Part shown: positions 26,259 through 39,188 of the stretch, piece after piece
Position numbering within the stretch: the stretch's first letter is position 1
Layout of the letters: each line of letters begins with the position of its first letter
Assembly: GCF_009914755.1 (NCBI RefSeq)
Contig: NC_060927.1
DNA: 64,000 nt
Direction: 5' to 3' (one strand)
Source: the human T2T-CHM13v2.0 reference genome, Homo sapiens
The notes under the pieces: generated by a model
Told to the model about the DNA's origin: nothing
Seen by the model: only the letters and a program-made list of their open reading frames with translations
The model's database searches: none
Made by a program: the position numbers and the translations under genes

Positions 26259-28119
26259 AGTGTTTTCTAATTGATATCTCAAAAATCAACCTCCGTATTC
26301 CCCAAGCTGTAATAAAATAAAATTTGCTGAGTTGAGGTCTTCCAAACTCAACTGGGCATTTTTCATCTGGGGCAAAAAAAAGAAGAGTAATGCTCAGCTC
26401 CAAAGTGGCTGCTTTTCTGCTTGCTGGGTGAGTTTCTTATTTCAAAACAGAGGCTCACTGGGCTTCTTGATGGCACCTGGAGTCATGCCAAGCAGGAAGC
26501 AATCACTCCACAGAGCTGAAGATGTCAGAACCGTTCAGAAATACTGCCTGGGGAAAGTTCTTGGTTCTTCGGCTTAGGAGGAAAGGGGCAGAATACAACC
26601 TTTCTGAAGAAAATGCATCTTTCATTCACCTGAGAAATATTTCAAAATAACTATAAAAAGAAGTTAGAAGCAGGTGAATTGCCCCACAGAGGGGAATGTT
26701 TAAATGAATTGGGGCACAGCCCCTGTCGGAATGCCAGGTAGCTGATGCCTTCACCTGTCTGAAGAATGTTTAATGATGAAAGAAATGTTCATAATCCGTT
26801 AGGTGGGAAAAAGAAAATAAAAGTTCAAAGTGTACGAATGCATAGAAACACGGCTGGGAGGGAAAACAACAGAAAGTTAAAAGTGGTTATTTTAGGGTAG
26901 GAAGATTACGGGTGATTTTGATTTTCTCCTCTCGGCTTTTCTGTATTTGTCAAATTTCCTGCAAACACGTGTGTTACTTTTGTAACAAAAAAAGTCATTT
27001 TTCAGATAAATGTCAGTGTTTTCCTGGCCCCCAGAGGGCTGCAGTGAAATTCGGTGAATGCCCAGGTGGCTGGGTAAGGTCACGGCCGGAGGCTGGGGCT
27101 ACTCATTTTTATTTCAGACACAGTCCTGTTCCAGGCTTTCTTGTGTCTTAGGGTCAATTGCCAAAATATTTTTTTCTCTTCTAAAAATTTATTGTGAGTC
27201 TTACTTGTATCTAATTTCAAGCTCACTGAAAAGTGAAAAATTGTGTAAAGAATGCTTATAAACCCTTCACCCAAACCATTGTTTTCATTTTGTCCTACTG
27301 GCTTTATTATTCTCCTTCTCTCTATATACATATGTTTTCATTAATTTTTTGCATTTTTTGCTTATTTTTTGAATCCTTTGAGAATATGCCAAAGACACTG
27401 TTCTCTTTTGCCCCTAAATACTTCAGGGGATAATTCCTAAGAACAGGGGCATTCTCCTGTAAAACCACAATGCAGTCAGCAAAATCAGGAAATTTAATCC
27501 GGATGCAGCACTATCATCGAATTCACAGCACCTATTGTAATGCCCTTAATTTCCCAGTAATGTCCTTCACAATTATTTTTTTTCCCCACTCCAGGACCAA
27601 ATCCAGGTTCTTGCCTTGCATCTACTTGTCCTGTCTCTTTAGTCTCCTTCAACCTGAGATGGTTTCTCAGTTTTTCTTTGTCTCACTTGACCTTGATATT
27701 TGGCCAATTACTTTGCAGAAAGTCCTTCATTTTGCGTTTTTCTGATGCTTCCTCATTCTTTGATTTAGGTTGACCTTTTTTCCAGGAATAAAGATGATGT
27801 GTCTTCCCTCCTCAACTCTTTAGGACAAATGTGACACTGGTTTGCTTCCATGTTGGTGGTATGGGGTTTGAAGACCAACTTAGCTGGTCTTCAAATCCAA
27901 CACCATCAACATGTAGTTACATGTCTCCAAGGAGCCCTGGCTGTTTAGTGGAGAAAGATATTTAGATTCCAAGATCAGGGCACTAGGTGCTAATTATGCT
28001 GTGTATCATTGCTTTTAGGTCCTCTCAGCAGACAGAGACAGGAAATATGTATGTGAAACACACATACATATACATATACAAATTGTCTATCTATCTATCT
28101 AATTTAATCTTAAAAACAT

Positions 28120-28615
28120 ATGGGTATAAAGACATGTGAACATGTATGTTCATTCCAACACTATTCACAATAGCAAAAACATGGAATCAACCTAAATGTT
28201 CATCAACGATAGACTGGATAAGGAAAATGTGGTACATATACATCATGGAATACTACACAGCCATAAAAAAGAACAAGATCCTGTCCTTTGAAGCAACATG
28301 GATGGAACTGGAGGCCATTATCCTAAGTGAATTAACACAGAACAGAAAAACAAATGTCACATGTTCTCATTTATAAATGGGAGCTAAATGTTGAGTACAT
28401 ATGGACACAAAAAAGGGAATAACAGACACTGGGACCCCCTTGAGGATGGAGGGAGGTAGGAGGGTGAGGATAAAAAAACTATCTACCAGTCAGGTACTAT
28501 GCTTATTAACCTGGGTGGCGAAATAATCTATACACCAAGCCCCCATGACGCGCAATTTACCTATATGACAAACCTGCACATATACCCCTGAAGCTAAAAT
28601 AAAAGGAAAAAACCC
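28120..28615 (+). mobile_element. L1 (L1PB/L1MA-like) 3' end
   Basis: ORF2 C-terminus remnant (AKTWNQPKCSSTIDWIRKMWYIYIMEYYTAIKKN), 3'UTR and A-rich tail. Confidence 0.9.
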
Positions 28616-28849
28616 ACAAAAACAAACCAAAACAAAAAAAACCCACGTGGGTCCGTAGTGATCTCTCAAGTTGGCTACAACAGCACAAGGCACTCCAGTG
28701 CACTTTTGAAAAGCTACCAGCAGAGAGGTTACCAGGAGGAAGTTCTGGTTGCTTTCCTCCTCAGGGCCTGCTGACAGCCGGAGATGACACTGAGAAGTGA
28801 AGTGCCAGAAGGTTTTCATCGTACTTTGCTTTTTCCTGCCTTACTTGAA

Positions 28850-29775
<926 letters not shown>

Positions 29776-30816
29776 TTATGCATTGGAAACCACTGTACTT
29801 TCAGAAAAGCAGGGTGGGGTCATGATGTTGTTATGGAAAGGAAGCCAACAGGTTGGCTTTATAGGATTTATGAAAGAGGCTATTTTTTTCGAGAACCTTG
29901 GGGTGTGATGCTGGACAGGTTTCCTTGAAATGTACTCGCTAAGGGTATAAAAGGAAATGCCCCAGCTCAGGCACAGACTTCGTCCTCGAAGGCAGTCAAG
30001 CTGTTGTTTCTTTGGTTATGTAGGGGTGGGCTTTAAAGAAATTCAAAACACATGAAAATGACAACTCGAGATTTATTTCAGTCAGTTCCGAGGCCCTGTG
30101 CATTAGGGAACTAGAACTCATTTTCTTCAGTACACAAACCTAGGACTTCCTTTTCCTGCTGAAGTCAGGGTAAAGAGGAGAAAGGTGGGTTCTGGGGGCA
30201 CCGGGTCTTTTAGGGAGGGGCCCCAACCCCAGTGGGCACCACCCAGCCCTCATGTTCTTCTTGCCACCTGGTTACTCAAAGGCCCTTTTCCTGGGGAGTC
30301 CAGAGCCCAGGGCATTCTCAAAGCGACCACTGTCCTGTTAGCTTCGGTGAGTCCCTTAGCTGATAGAGCAGGGGGAAGGGGAACCAGTCAGCAAAACAGG
30401 ACTTGACAGACAAGCTGAATCAAGGGAAAGGGAGCTAATGTAGAAAGGATGAGCTGGGAAAAATGTAACAGCCCACCTGCCATTCCTCATTTGTGGATGG
30501 GAGATGTACTAATTATTGTCTAAGTAGAAAGAAAACAAATGCTAGAATCAGGTGACCCTCAGAGTCAAAGAAGTGAATGATAACTTCAAAGGAGAGGTTC
30601 ATTCATTTCTGTGTGGACTACTCAGATGATTCTGAAATCTAGAATACTATATAGACTCTAACTCCTGCTTGGAATATTTTTTTCAGAAGAATAAGCAGAT
30701 TTAAAATTTAATCTCCATCTTTTTGGCATTTGGTTGTTACTATTCGTTTACAAGCCAGTCCACTTTTTGATTTTTGTCCCTTTTCCAGGAGCAGGCTTGC
30801 ATCTGACTGACCCACC

Positions 30817-30837
30817 ATGACACCCACAGACTTCACA
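30817..30837 (+). CDS. CCR9: CCR9 exon 2 coding part (MTPTDFT); whole exon 30789-30837, 49 nt, skipped in isoform B
   Basis: Polypyrimidine tract and CAG acceptor (AG 30787-30788). Kozak ACCATGA with an in-frame TGA 9 nt upstream. Donor CACA|GTGAGT, phase 0 into exon 3, giving MTPTDFT-SPIPNMADDY. Confidence 0.93.
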
Positions 30838-31311
30838 GTGAGTACAGCCGTGCTCCTCTGGCTCCTCAAAACACACACTCATCTTCCCTTTTTAGGGGGT
30901 GTGGGAAGGATCCACTGTGGGGGAAGGATTTATCTGTGTGGTTTCCCAGGGTAAGATCTCTGCCTGGCAATGCGCATTGCTGGGTAGGTTGTTGTCCAGC
31001 ACAGAGGGTTTTGCAAATGCAAAGAGGCAGCTATGCTTTGGGGTATGTTGTGGAGACAGAGGAAAATGTGGTGTTATAAACAGCTAAGGATTTTTAACCA
31101 TCTTTAACTAGGGTGTGCTTAGTTCCATATGCCTGTTCTAAAACTCAGACAAATGAGGCAAAGGGAGAATTCATGTAATTTGCTTTTAAAAAACCCATGG
31201 TGGGCACATTAGTTGTATTTCTTGCATAACATTATGTAGACCTTATGAAAACACGTAACAGTATACATTCCCCTGAAAGAGACCAAGAGCTGAGCAAAAA
31301 TTAGTGAGTCA

Positions 31312-31626
<315 letters not shown>

Positions 31627-33443
31627 TCATAATCCAGAGAATCTTTTTTTCTTTTACAGCCGAATGTAATTAAGTGTAGAATCAAATTAATTTCCCATGC
31701 TTTTGTAACATTCATAAATGCCTTATAAAATTACCTAAGGGCTTTGATTTTGCTCTTCTCCAAGGGAAAGCCTGGGTTTTACATGTAGATAATTGAAATC
31801 CAGACTTCCTAGCAGGCGGGCTAACAAACTGCCTCACAGTACATTGTGGGTTTCCATGATCTATGGAGAGTGGTGGTTGAAACAGTTTATCAACTAAATT
31901 ATTTATGATATGCTAATGATTCATTAGTATTACATATGTATAGTTACCTAATTGCACCTATATCCATAACAACAAAAAAGTAATTAATTTGGTCCTGGTG
32001 AAGTAACTATTATTCTGACAAAAAGTAGACTCTTCAGTTTCTCCTGCATTAAATTCACCTTTCAATCCCTGAGGCTGTGGAAACAGAAGTAGATGAAGGC
32101 AGCAGAGCCAGGGCTGCTTCTGAGCTTGCCAGTCATTTGCTTTTATCATTTGGGATCTTGGATAATAGCCAACTCTGCAAAGCAGCCCCAGATAAGAAGG
32201 AAACTGCACCTCAGTAATGACCTGCTCTTGTCAGAGGAGTCTGGCGCCATCTAAATGGGAAGAAGATGGGACCCCTGTGGCCCTGACTCCCATATTCCAT
32301 GGAAAGTAGCCGTGGCACCCTGTGGCCACCTTTCTGAGGATGTGCTGGGCCAGTCACCCATGCAGGTGCCCCACATTCCCTCAGCGTCACAGTAAAGGCA
32401 GAGTCCTTTTTACAGATGAGGAGACCGAGACTGGGGAAGGTGGTTTGAGGGTTCAAGGTCTCATAGAAATTTGGAGGAATAGCCCTTGAGGGGTGCTGTT
32501 GGCAATCATAGCTTTGCTGGGTTCCTCCCTCAGGGTGAATGTCAAAGCACTGAAATCCAGGTCTCAATGTTGGGATTTAATACTTTCTCAAGTGTGGGGC
32601 CAAGGTGTCTGCCAGAGTCCCTGCTGATAACAAATTCATTTTTTCCCCACCTCCCTCCTTCTTGTGCCCTCTCTTATTCCATCTCCCCCATTGCCTTGTG
32701 CCCATTCTTGGTGCTAAGGCACAATGGAAGCCTTGGCAAGCACAGTCCCTGCCCTTTCTCTGTCCATTCCCCAGAGAGGGGCATCTTGAGCCTGGGTTTG
32801 GCTGAGGATTTCCAGAGAACACATGAGCCAGAGAAGGAGGCCCTGGAAAGCTCTGGGACCTTCTTCCTGCTCTGGGTGTTCACAACTGGGACGCCTGGGC
32901 TGCTGCTTCTGAGCCCAGGACTCCTGAGGGAAGAGGACGTGCCTGTGTGGGAGCAACAGCCTGTGGGCTCAGAGGCTTGCCAGGACACAGACAGGCAGGA
33001 TGGGCCCCTTGCCCTGGCTGTGCACTGAGGTTTGTTTACATTTACTGAGGGATTTCCAGAGGATTTGATGTCTAAGATCCATCAGGCATGTGCAAAACTA
33101 TGAGTGTGAGTCATGACACAGGGGGTGTTGTTCCAGGATTCCTCTCGTGGTCCTGACAAATTTTATATAAATCTAGATTTGGGGTGTAAAATTCAATCAC
33201 TTAAAAAATATGCCTGGGGAGTCCCTAACCTAACTAACTAAGTAACTTCATGCAAAAGCACGAGGTCCTTAATTCTCACCCAGCAGAAAAACTATGCCCC
33301 CTGGGCTTCCAGCAGGACACAATGTCCTTGTCTGGGATTCAGTCTTGGGAGTGTTAGCTGTGCCTGCTCACCGGGCAGTGGAGAAAGCTGGGTCACCCAG
33401 GTCCTGGGATTTCTGCACAATTTCTCCCATTCTGCTCCTGCAG

Positions 33444-33529
33444 TCTCCTCCAGGCCCCGCTCCAGATCACCTTCCCTCGCTGGCCCAGGAATCCATCTCC
33501 TTCCAGGACCTTAGCCCAGGACTAACACA
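33444..33529 (+). other. CCR9: Candidate CCR9 cassette exon (86 nt, frameshifting)
   Basis: Pyrimidine tract and CAG acceptor at 33441-33443. The end ACACA|GCTAAGT is a non-canonical donor. Resembles a recalled CCR9 transcript variant. Confidence 0.5.
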
Positions 33530-34768
33530 GCTAAGTGATGCTGGCCTTCCCACCTGCCCCCTCTCATTTGTTCCCCAGGAACCAAAGTCGTCCCTTGTGC
33601 TTGTCCTTCTGCCAAGCATGCCCTCTTTCCTCCCTTGCCTTCTTCTTTCTTCCTTGTCTGTCTTCCTCTTAACATGTCTTTAAAATCCATGCTGCTCCTC
33701 GCTACCTGGAGCTGCAGCAGGAGGAGAGCAGGCTTGCTGGACCGGAGAAGCAACTCCAGGCAGCAAGACCCCTGGGCCCTCATCTGTGAGGCTGCTTGCG
33801 ATTTGCTTCACAGCCGTGGGCTCAGGCTCATGTGAGAGTCTATTAAAGCTATTTGACCAAAAAAAAAAAAAAAAAACACACAAAACACAAAACACCAACC
33901 CACAAATAACAAAAAAAAAACTTCAAAAGCAAGTTTAGCACTTATTCATTGTGTGGATTCACAGTCGGTACTTGCTCATCTGCATTGTTTTACTGAGATT
34001 CCTCCAAAAGGTCATCCTCCCAACCTCTTAAACCTGCTGTGATGTCCACTGTGGGGTCTCCATGCTCTTCACAGTCTTCCTTCTATTCTCAAGTTCTTCT
34101 TTCACTCAAAGTCCACTCAAACCTCACCTCCTACAGGACGACTGTCTTAGTGGGGCCATGATTGCAGCTGGTTCCCGTGTCCAGCGTTGGGAGGATTCTC
34201 CTGGCATGTTTCTAAAATGTGTGTCACCTAGGAGGTCTGTCCTCTCGAGAGACTGGGTTTCCAGACAAGGGCCAATGCTAGAAGAAACATCTCTAAGTGT
34301 AAACTGAAATGGATTAATCAAGCCAAGGGACTAATCACATATAAAATAGGGAGACGAGTTTTCTTTAGTTCTTTGCGTTTGTGGGCCATTTCCAGCTGCC
34401 CTGGCCTGAAGAGCCGCCTCCAGGATCCTGCTCCTGGGTCCCTCTCTTTGCAATAGGATTTTCTCTTGCTCACATATTGGAGATGGAGTCAGGACTAGAT
34501 GTCAGATTTTCCCAGTTGTCATCCAAGTTACCTTGGGTCCTCCTGCTACTTCCTGCCAGCCAGGGCCCAAATAGGACTAACATCTACTGTCCTTTATCAA
34601 TCAATTCAGTGAGCCCTGATATCTAAGAAGCCCTCCACAAACACACACACAACAGGTTCTATGTTCCAATAAATTTAGAAAACATTGTTAAACAAAATTC
34701 AACAGATTCTGAAGGATTTCTCAGAGTCTTTACTGTGCTAATGTGCAATTAAAATAAAACAAGTTCTG

Positions 34769-35157
<389 letters not shown>

Positions 35158-35797
35158 CTATTTTAACCATTAGTGTTCCACCTAAAACATGGTTTGGGAA
35201 ATGCTAGACAGATCTACTAGAAATAGATGGATATTACAATGTATACAGATAGGGAGAGCCCAGCTAACAGGAGGTAGAGAATATTTTGCTATTTAAATAT
35301 AAACATTCAAGTACACAAAATCATCTTTGTACTTATATATTTGTTAATATTAACTGTTCAAAACAAAATAAAAACTTATTGTGGATTTGGGGTGACTTCT
35401 AGTCCAAATGTATCCAGATGAATTGAACTATTGCATTTGCCTCAGGATAAATAAAAGTAGAGATGAGATTTGGCAAGGAATGTCCCTCAAGGAAAGGGAG
35501 TGAGAGCTGGTAGTCCCTGGTGGAATTTGGGAGTCCTAATGGGAGCCCTCAGAAGGAAACTGGTGGGAAGTGAGAGCGCTTGAAGATCTGTGGGCAGAGG
35601 TTTTGGAAGGAATGTAGCAGGCATGGCACGGACTCTCCCCTCCTCCTCCATCAGCAGTCCACATCCTTCATTACCTCCCACCCCAGGTTTGACTCAAGGG
35701 CTTACATCTCAGGGTCTCATTTCCAGACCTCATTTCCTGTTTCCGTAGCAGGGGTTTTAGGATGGCTTCTGCTTCAGGAACCCAGAAAAAGTGTAAG

Positions 35798-36178
35798 AAG
35801 TGTGTGTGTGTATGCGCATATATGTGTGTATATATGTGTGCATGCATGAGTGTGTACCTATGTGTATGTGAGCATGAGTGTTGGCATGTTTGTGTACGAG
35901 AGCATGTGCAAGTGCATGTATTATGTGTATGCATGTACATATGAGTGTGTGTGCTTGTTGGGGCCAGCTTCATGGCTGTGCAACCCACACAGTCACATAG
36001 GGGCCCTGTGCTTAGAAGTGCTGCTTGTTTGATTGAATGCTGGATGTGTTGAAATTCCTAATAATTTTTGGACCACGGGTCCTGCTAACTATAGAGCAGG
36101 TCATGGTGCTTGTGTGTGTATGTAGGGTTGAGAGTGTCTGTGTGTGTATGTGTATGTGCATGTGTATGTGGGTGTATG
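35798..36178. repeat. Two degenerate (TG/TA/CA)n tracts (35798-35952 and 36111-36178)
   Basis: Alternating purine-pyrimidine low-complexity sequence. Confidence 0.85.
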
Positions 36179-36692
36179 CTGGTGCTCCCGGAGCTTTCAG
36201 GAAACTCAGGGGACTGGGATCCAGATGAGTTTAAGAGCCCTTGCTAACCTTTTTAGGGTCAGTGAAAAACTGAATAGATAGGAGAAGTACGATCACAGTC
36301 ATATCACAGTTTGATAAAACTGCCCATCAGTAGTGTGGAGGCACTCTTACCCCATCAGAGCACTTGGCATGCACACTATAAATGTTCATTTGCGTGTCTG
36401 GTTGCTCTATGGGTAGGTAAGTTTCCTGAGAGTGAAGCCACACATCTGACTTATTTATTATGGTTTCTTTGGCACATAGCACAGTAGCCAACATACAGTA
36501 TGTGCTTAATAAACATCTGTTGAATAAATAAATATGTCACAACCCAAGCAGATGTCCTCAGAATGCCTATGTGTCTTTGGCCTTATCATAGGTGTTTGGG
36601 GTTGGAAGGGTCAAGAGGTCCATGCCTCTGCCATCAGACAGGACCTTCAAAATATTTTCCTTGACCTAATGCCATCTTGTGTCCCCTTGCAG

Positions 36693-37781
36693 AGCCCTAT
36701 TCCTAACATGGCTGATGACTATGGCTCTGAATCCACATCTTCCATGGAAGACTACGTTAACTTCAACTTCACTGACTTCTACTGTGAGAAAAACAATGTC
36801 AGGCAGTTTGCGAGCCATTTCCTCCCACCCTTGTACTGGCTCGTGTTCATCGTGGGTGCCTTGGGCAACAGTCTTGTTATCCTTGTCTACTGGTACTGCA
36901 CAAGAGTGAAGACCATGACCGACATGTTCCTTTTGAATTTGGCAATTGCTGACCTCCTCTTTCTTGTCACTCTTCCCTTCTGGGCCATTGCTGCTGCTGA
37001 CCAGTGGAAGTTCCAGACCTTCATGTGCAAGGTGGTCAACAGCATGTACAAGATGAACTTCTACAGCTGTGTGTTGCTGATCATGTGCATCAGCGTGGAC
37101 AGGTACATTGCCATTGCCCAGGCCATGAGAGCACATACTTGGAGGGAGAAAAGGCTTTTGTACAGCAAAATGGTTTGCTTTACCATCTGGGTATTGGCAG
37201 CTGCTCTCTGCATCCCAGAAATCTTATACAGCCAAATCAAGGAGGAATCCGGCATTGCTATCTGCACCATGGTTTACCCTAGCGATGAGAGCACCAAACT
37301 GAAGTCAGCTGTCTTGACCCTGAAGGTCATTCTGGGGTTCTTCCTTCCCTTCGTGGTCATGGCTTGCTGCTATACCATCATCATTCACACCCTGATACAA
37401 GCCAAGAAGTCTTCCAAGCACAAAGCCCTAAAAGTGACCATCACTGTCCTGACCGTCTTTGTCTTGTCTCAGTTTCCCTACAACTGCATTTTGTTGGTGC
37501 AGACCATTGACGCCTATGCCATGTTCATCTCCAACTGTGCCGTTTCCACCAACATTGACATCTGCTTCCAGGTCACCCAGACCATCGCCTTCTTCCACAG
37601 TTGCCTGAACCCTGTTCTCTATGTTTTTGTGGGTGAGAGATTCCGCCGGGATCTCGTGAAAACCCTGAAGAACTTGGGTTGCATCAGCCAGGCCCAGTGG
37701 GTTTCATTTACAAGGAGAGAGGGAAGCTTGAAGCTGTCGTCTATGTTGCTGGAGACAACCTCAGGAGCACTCTCCCTCTGA
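36693..37781 (+). CDS. CCR9: CCR9 exon 3 coding part: C-C chemokine receptor 9 (CCL25 receptor, class A GPCR); 369 aa with exon 2, 357 aa from ATG 36708
   Basis: ORF with 7 hydrophobic segments and the motifs GNSLV, LAIADL, SVDRY, QFPYN and NPVLY. Acidic Tyr-rich N-terminus and NFT glycosylation site. Acceptor TTGCAG ends at 36692; 1089 nt = 362 aa + stop. Confidence 0.98.
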   Translation, partial: SPIPNMADDYGSESTSSMEDYVNFNFTDFYCEKNNVRQFASHFLPPLYWLVFIVGALGNSLVILVYWYCTRVKTMTDMFLLNLAIADLLFLVTLPFWAIAAADQWKFQTFMCKVVNSMYKMNFYSCVLLIMCISVDRYIAIAQAMRAHTWREKRLLYSKMVCFTIWVLAAALCIPEILYSQIKEESGIAICTMVYPSDESTKLKSAVLTLKVILGFFLPFVVMACCYTIIIHTLIQAKKSSKHKALKVTITVLTVFVLSQFPYNCILLVQTIDAYAMFISNCAVSTNIDICFQVTQTIAFFHSCLNPVLYVFVGERFRRDLVKTLKNLGCISQAQWVSFTRREGSLKLSSMLLETTSGALSL

Positions 37782-39058
37782 GGGGTCTTCTCTGAGGTGC
37801 ATGGTTCTTTTGGAAGAAATGAGAAATACAGAAACAGTTTCCCCACTGATGGGACCAGAGAGAGTGAAAGAGAAAAGAAAACTCAGAAAGGGATGAATCT
37901 GAACTATATGATTACTTGTAGTCAGAATTTGCCAAAGCAAATATTTCAAAATCAACTGACTAGTGCAGGAGGCTGTTGATTGGCTCTTGACTGTGATGCC
38001 CGCAATTCTCAAAGGAGGACTAAGGACCGGCACTGTGGAGCACCCTGGCTTTGCCACTCGCCGGAGCATCAATGCCGCTGCCTCTGGAGGAGCCCTTGGA
38101 TTTTCTCCATGCACTGTGAACTTCTGTGGCTTCAGTTCTCATGCTGCCTCTTCCAAAAGGGGACACAGAAGCACTGGCTGCTGCTACAGACCGCAAAAGC
38201 AGAAAGTTTCGTGAAAATGTCCATCTTTGGGAAATTTTCTACCCTGCTCTTGAGCCTGATAACCCATGCCAGGTCTTATAGATTCCTGATCTAGAACCTT
38301 TCCAGGCAATCTCAGACCTAATTTCCTTCTGTTCTCCTTGTTCTGTTCTGGGCCAGTGAAGGTCCTTGTTCTGATTTTGAAACGATCTGCAGGTCTTGCC
38401 AGTGAACCCCTGGACAACTGACCACACCCACAAGGCATCCAAAGTCTGTTGGCTTCCAATCCATTTCTGTGTCCTGCTGGAGGTTTTAACCTAGACAAGG
38501 ATTCCGCTTATTCCTTGGTATGGTGACAGTGTCTCTCCATGGCCTGAGCAGGGAGATTATAACAGCTGGGTTCGCAGGAGCCAGCCTTGGCCCTGTTGTA
38601 GGCTTGTTCTGTTGAGTGGCACTTGCTTTGGGTCCACCGTCTGTCTGCTCCCTAGAAAATGGGCTGGTTCTTTTGGCCCTCTTCTTTCTGAGGCCCACTT
38701 TATTCTGAGGAATACAGTGAGCAGATATGGGCAGCAGCCAGGTAGGGCAAAGGGGTGAAGCGCAGGCCTTGCTGGAAGGCTATTTACTTCCATGCTTCTC
38801 CTTTTCTTACTCTATAGTGGCAACATTTTAAAAGCTTTTAACTTAGAGATTAGGCTGAAAAAAATAAGTAATGGAATTCACCTTTGCATCTTTTGTGTCT
38901 TTCTTATCATGATTTGGCAAAATGCATCACCTTTGAAAATATTTCACATATTGGAAAAGTGCTTTTTAATGTGTATATGAAGCATTAATTACTTGTCACT
39001 TTCTTTACCCTGTCTCAATATTTTAAGTGTGTGCAATTAAAGATCAAATAGATACATT
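37782..39058 (+). other. CCR9: CCR9 3'UTR
   Basis: Follows the stop codon. ATTAAA at 39036-39041; cleavage about 39058 by spacing and the recalled mRNA end. Confidence 0.75.
39036..39041 (+). terminator. CCR9: CCR9 polyadenylation signal ATTAAA
   Basis: Variant hexamer about 17-19 nt before the CA/TTAA cleavage region. Confidence 0.7.
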
Positions 39059-39069
39059 AAGAGTGTGAA

Positions 39070-39188
39070 GGCTGGTCTGAAGGTAGTGAGCTATCTCAAT
39101 CGGATTGTTCACACTCAGTTACAGATTGAACTCCTTGTTCTACTTTCCCTGCTTCTCTCTACTGCAATTGACTAGTCTTTAAAAAAAA
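39070..39188 (+). ncRNA. Y RNA (RNY1-like) retropseudogene with poly(A) and target-site duplication
   Basis: GGCTGGTCTGAAGGTAGTGAG...CAATTGACTAGTCTTT closely matches hY1. A8 tail. TSD AAGAGTGTGAA (39059-39069) / AAAAGTGTGAA (39185-39195). Confidence 0.9.

Noticed and set aside
32240-32260. CTCF-like GGCGCCATCTAAATGG (also 7675-7692 and 20592-20606)
   Set aside because: Only partial matches to the core motif; not supportable without PWM scoring or ChIP data.
32486-33028. 180-aa ORF and several overlapping ORFs in CCR9 intron 2
   Set aside because: Non-ATG start, no recognisable homology, and open frames on both strands as expected for GC-rich non-coding DNA.
36534-36692. N-terminal extension of the 415-aa ORF upstream of exon 3 (MSQPKQ...CVPLQ)
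   Set aside because: It is intronic: it ends in a polypyrimidine tract and CAG acceptor. The real N-terminus comes from exon 2 or ATG 36708.
36666-37136. 156-aa antisense ORF over CCR9
   Set aside because: A typical shadow ORF caused by the codon bias of the sense CDS.
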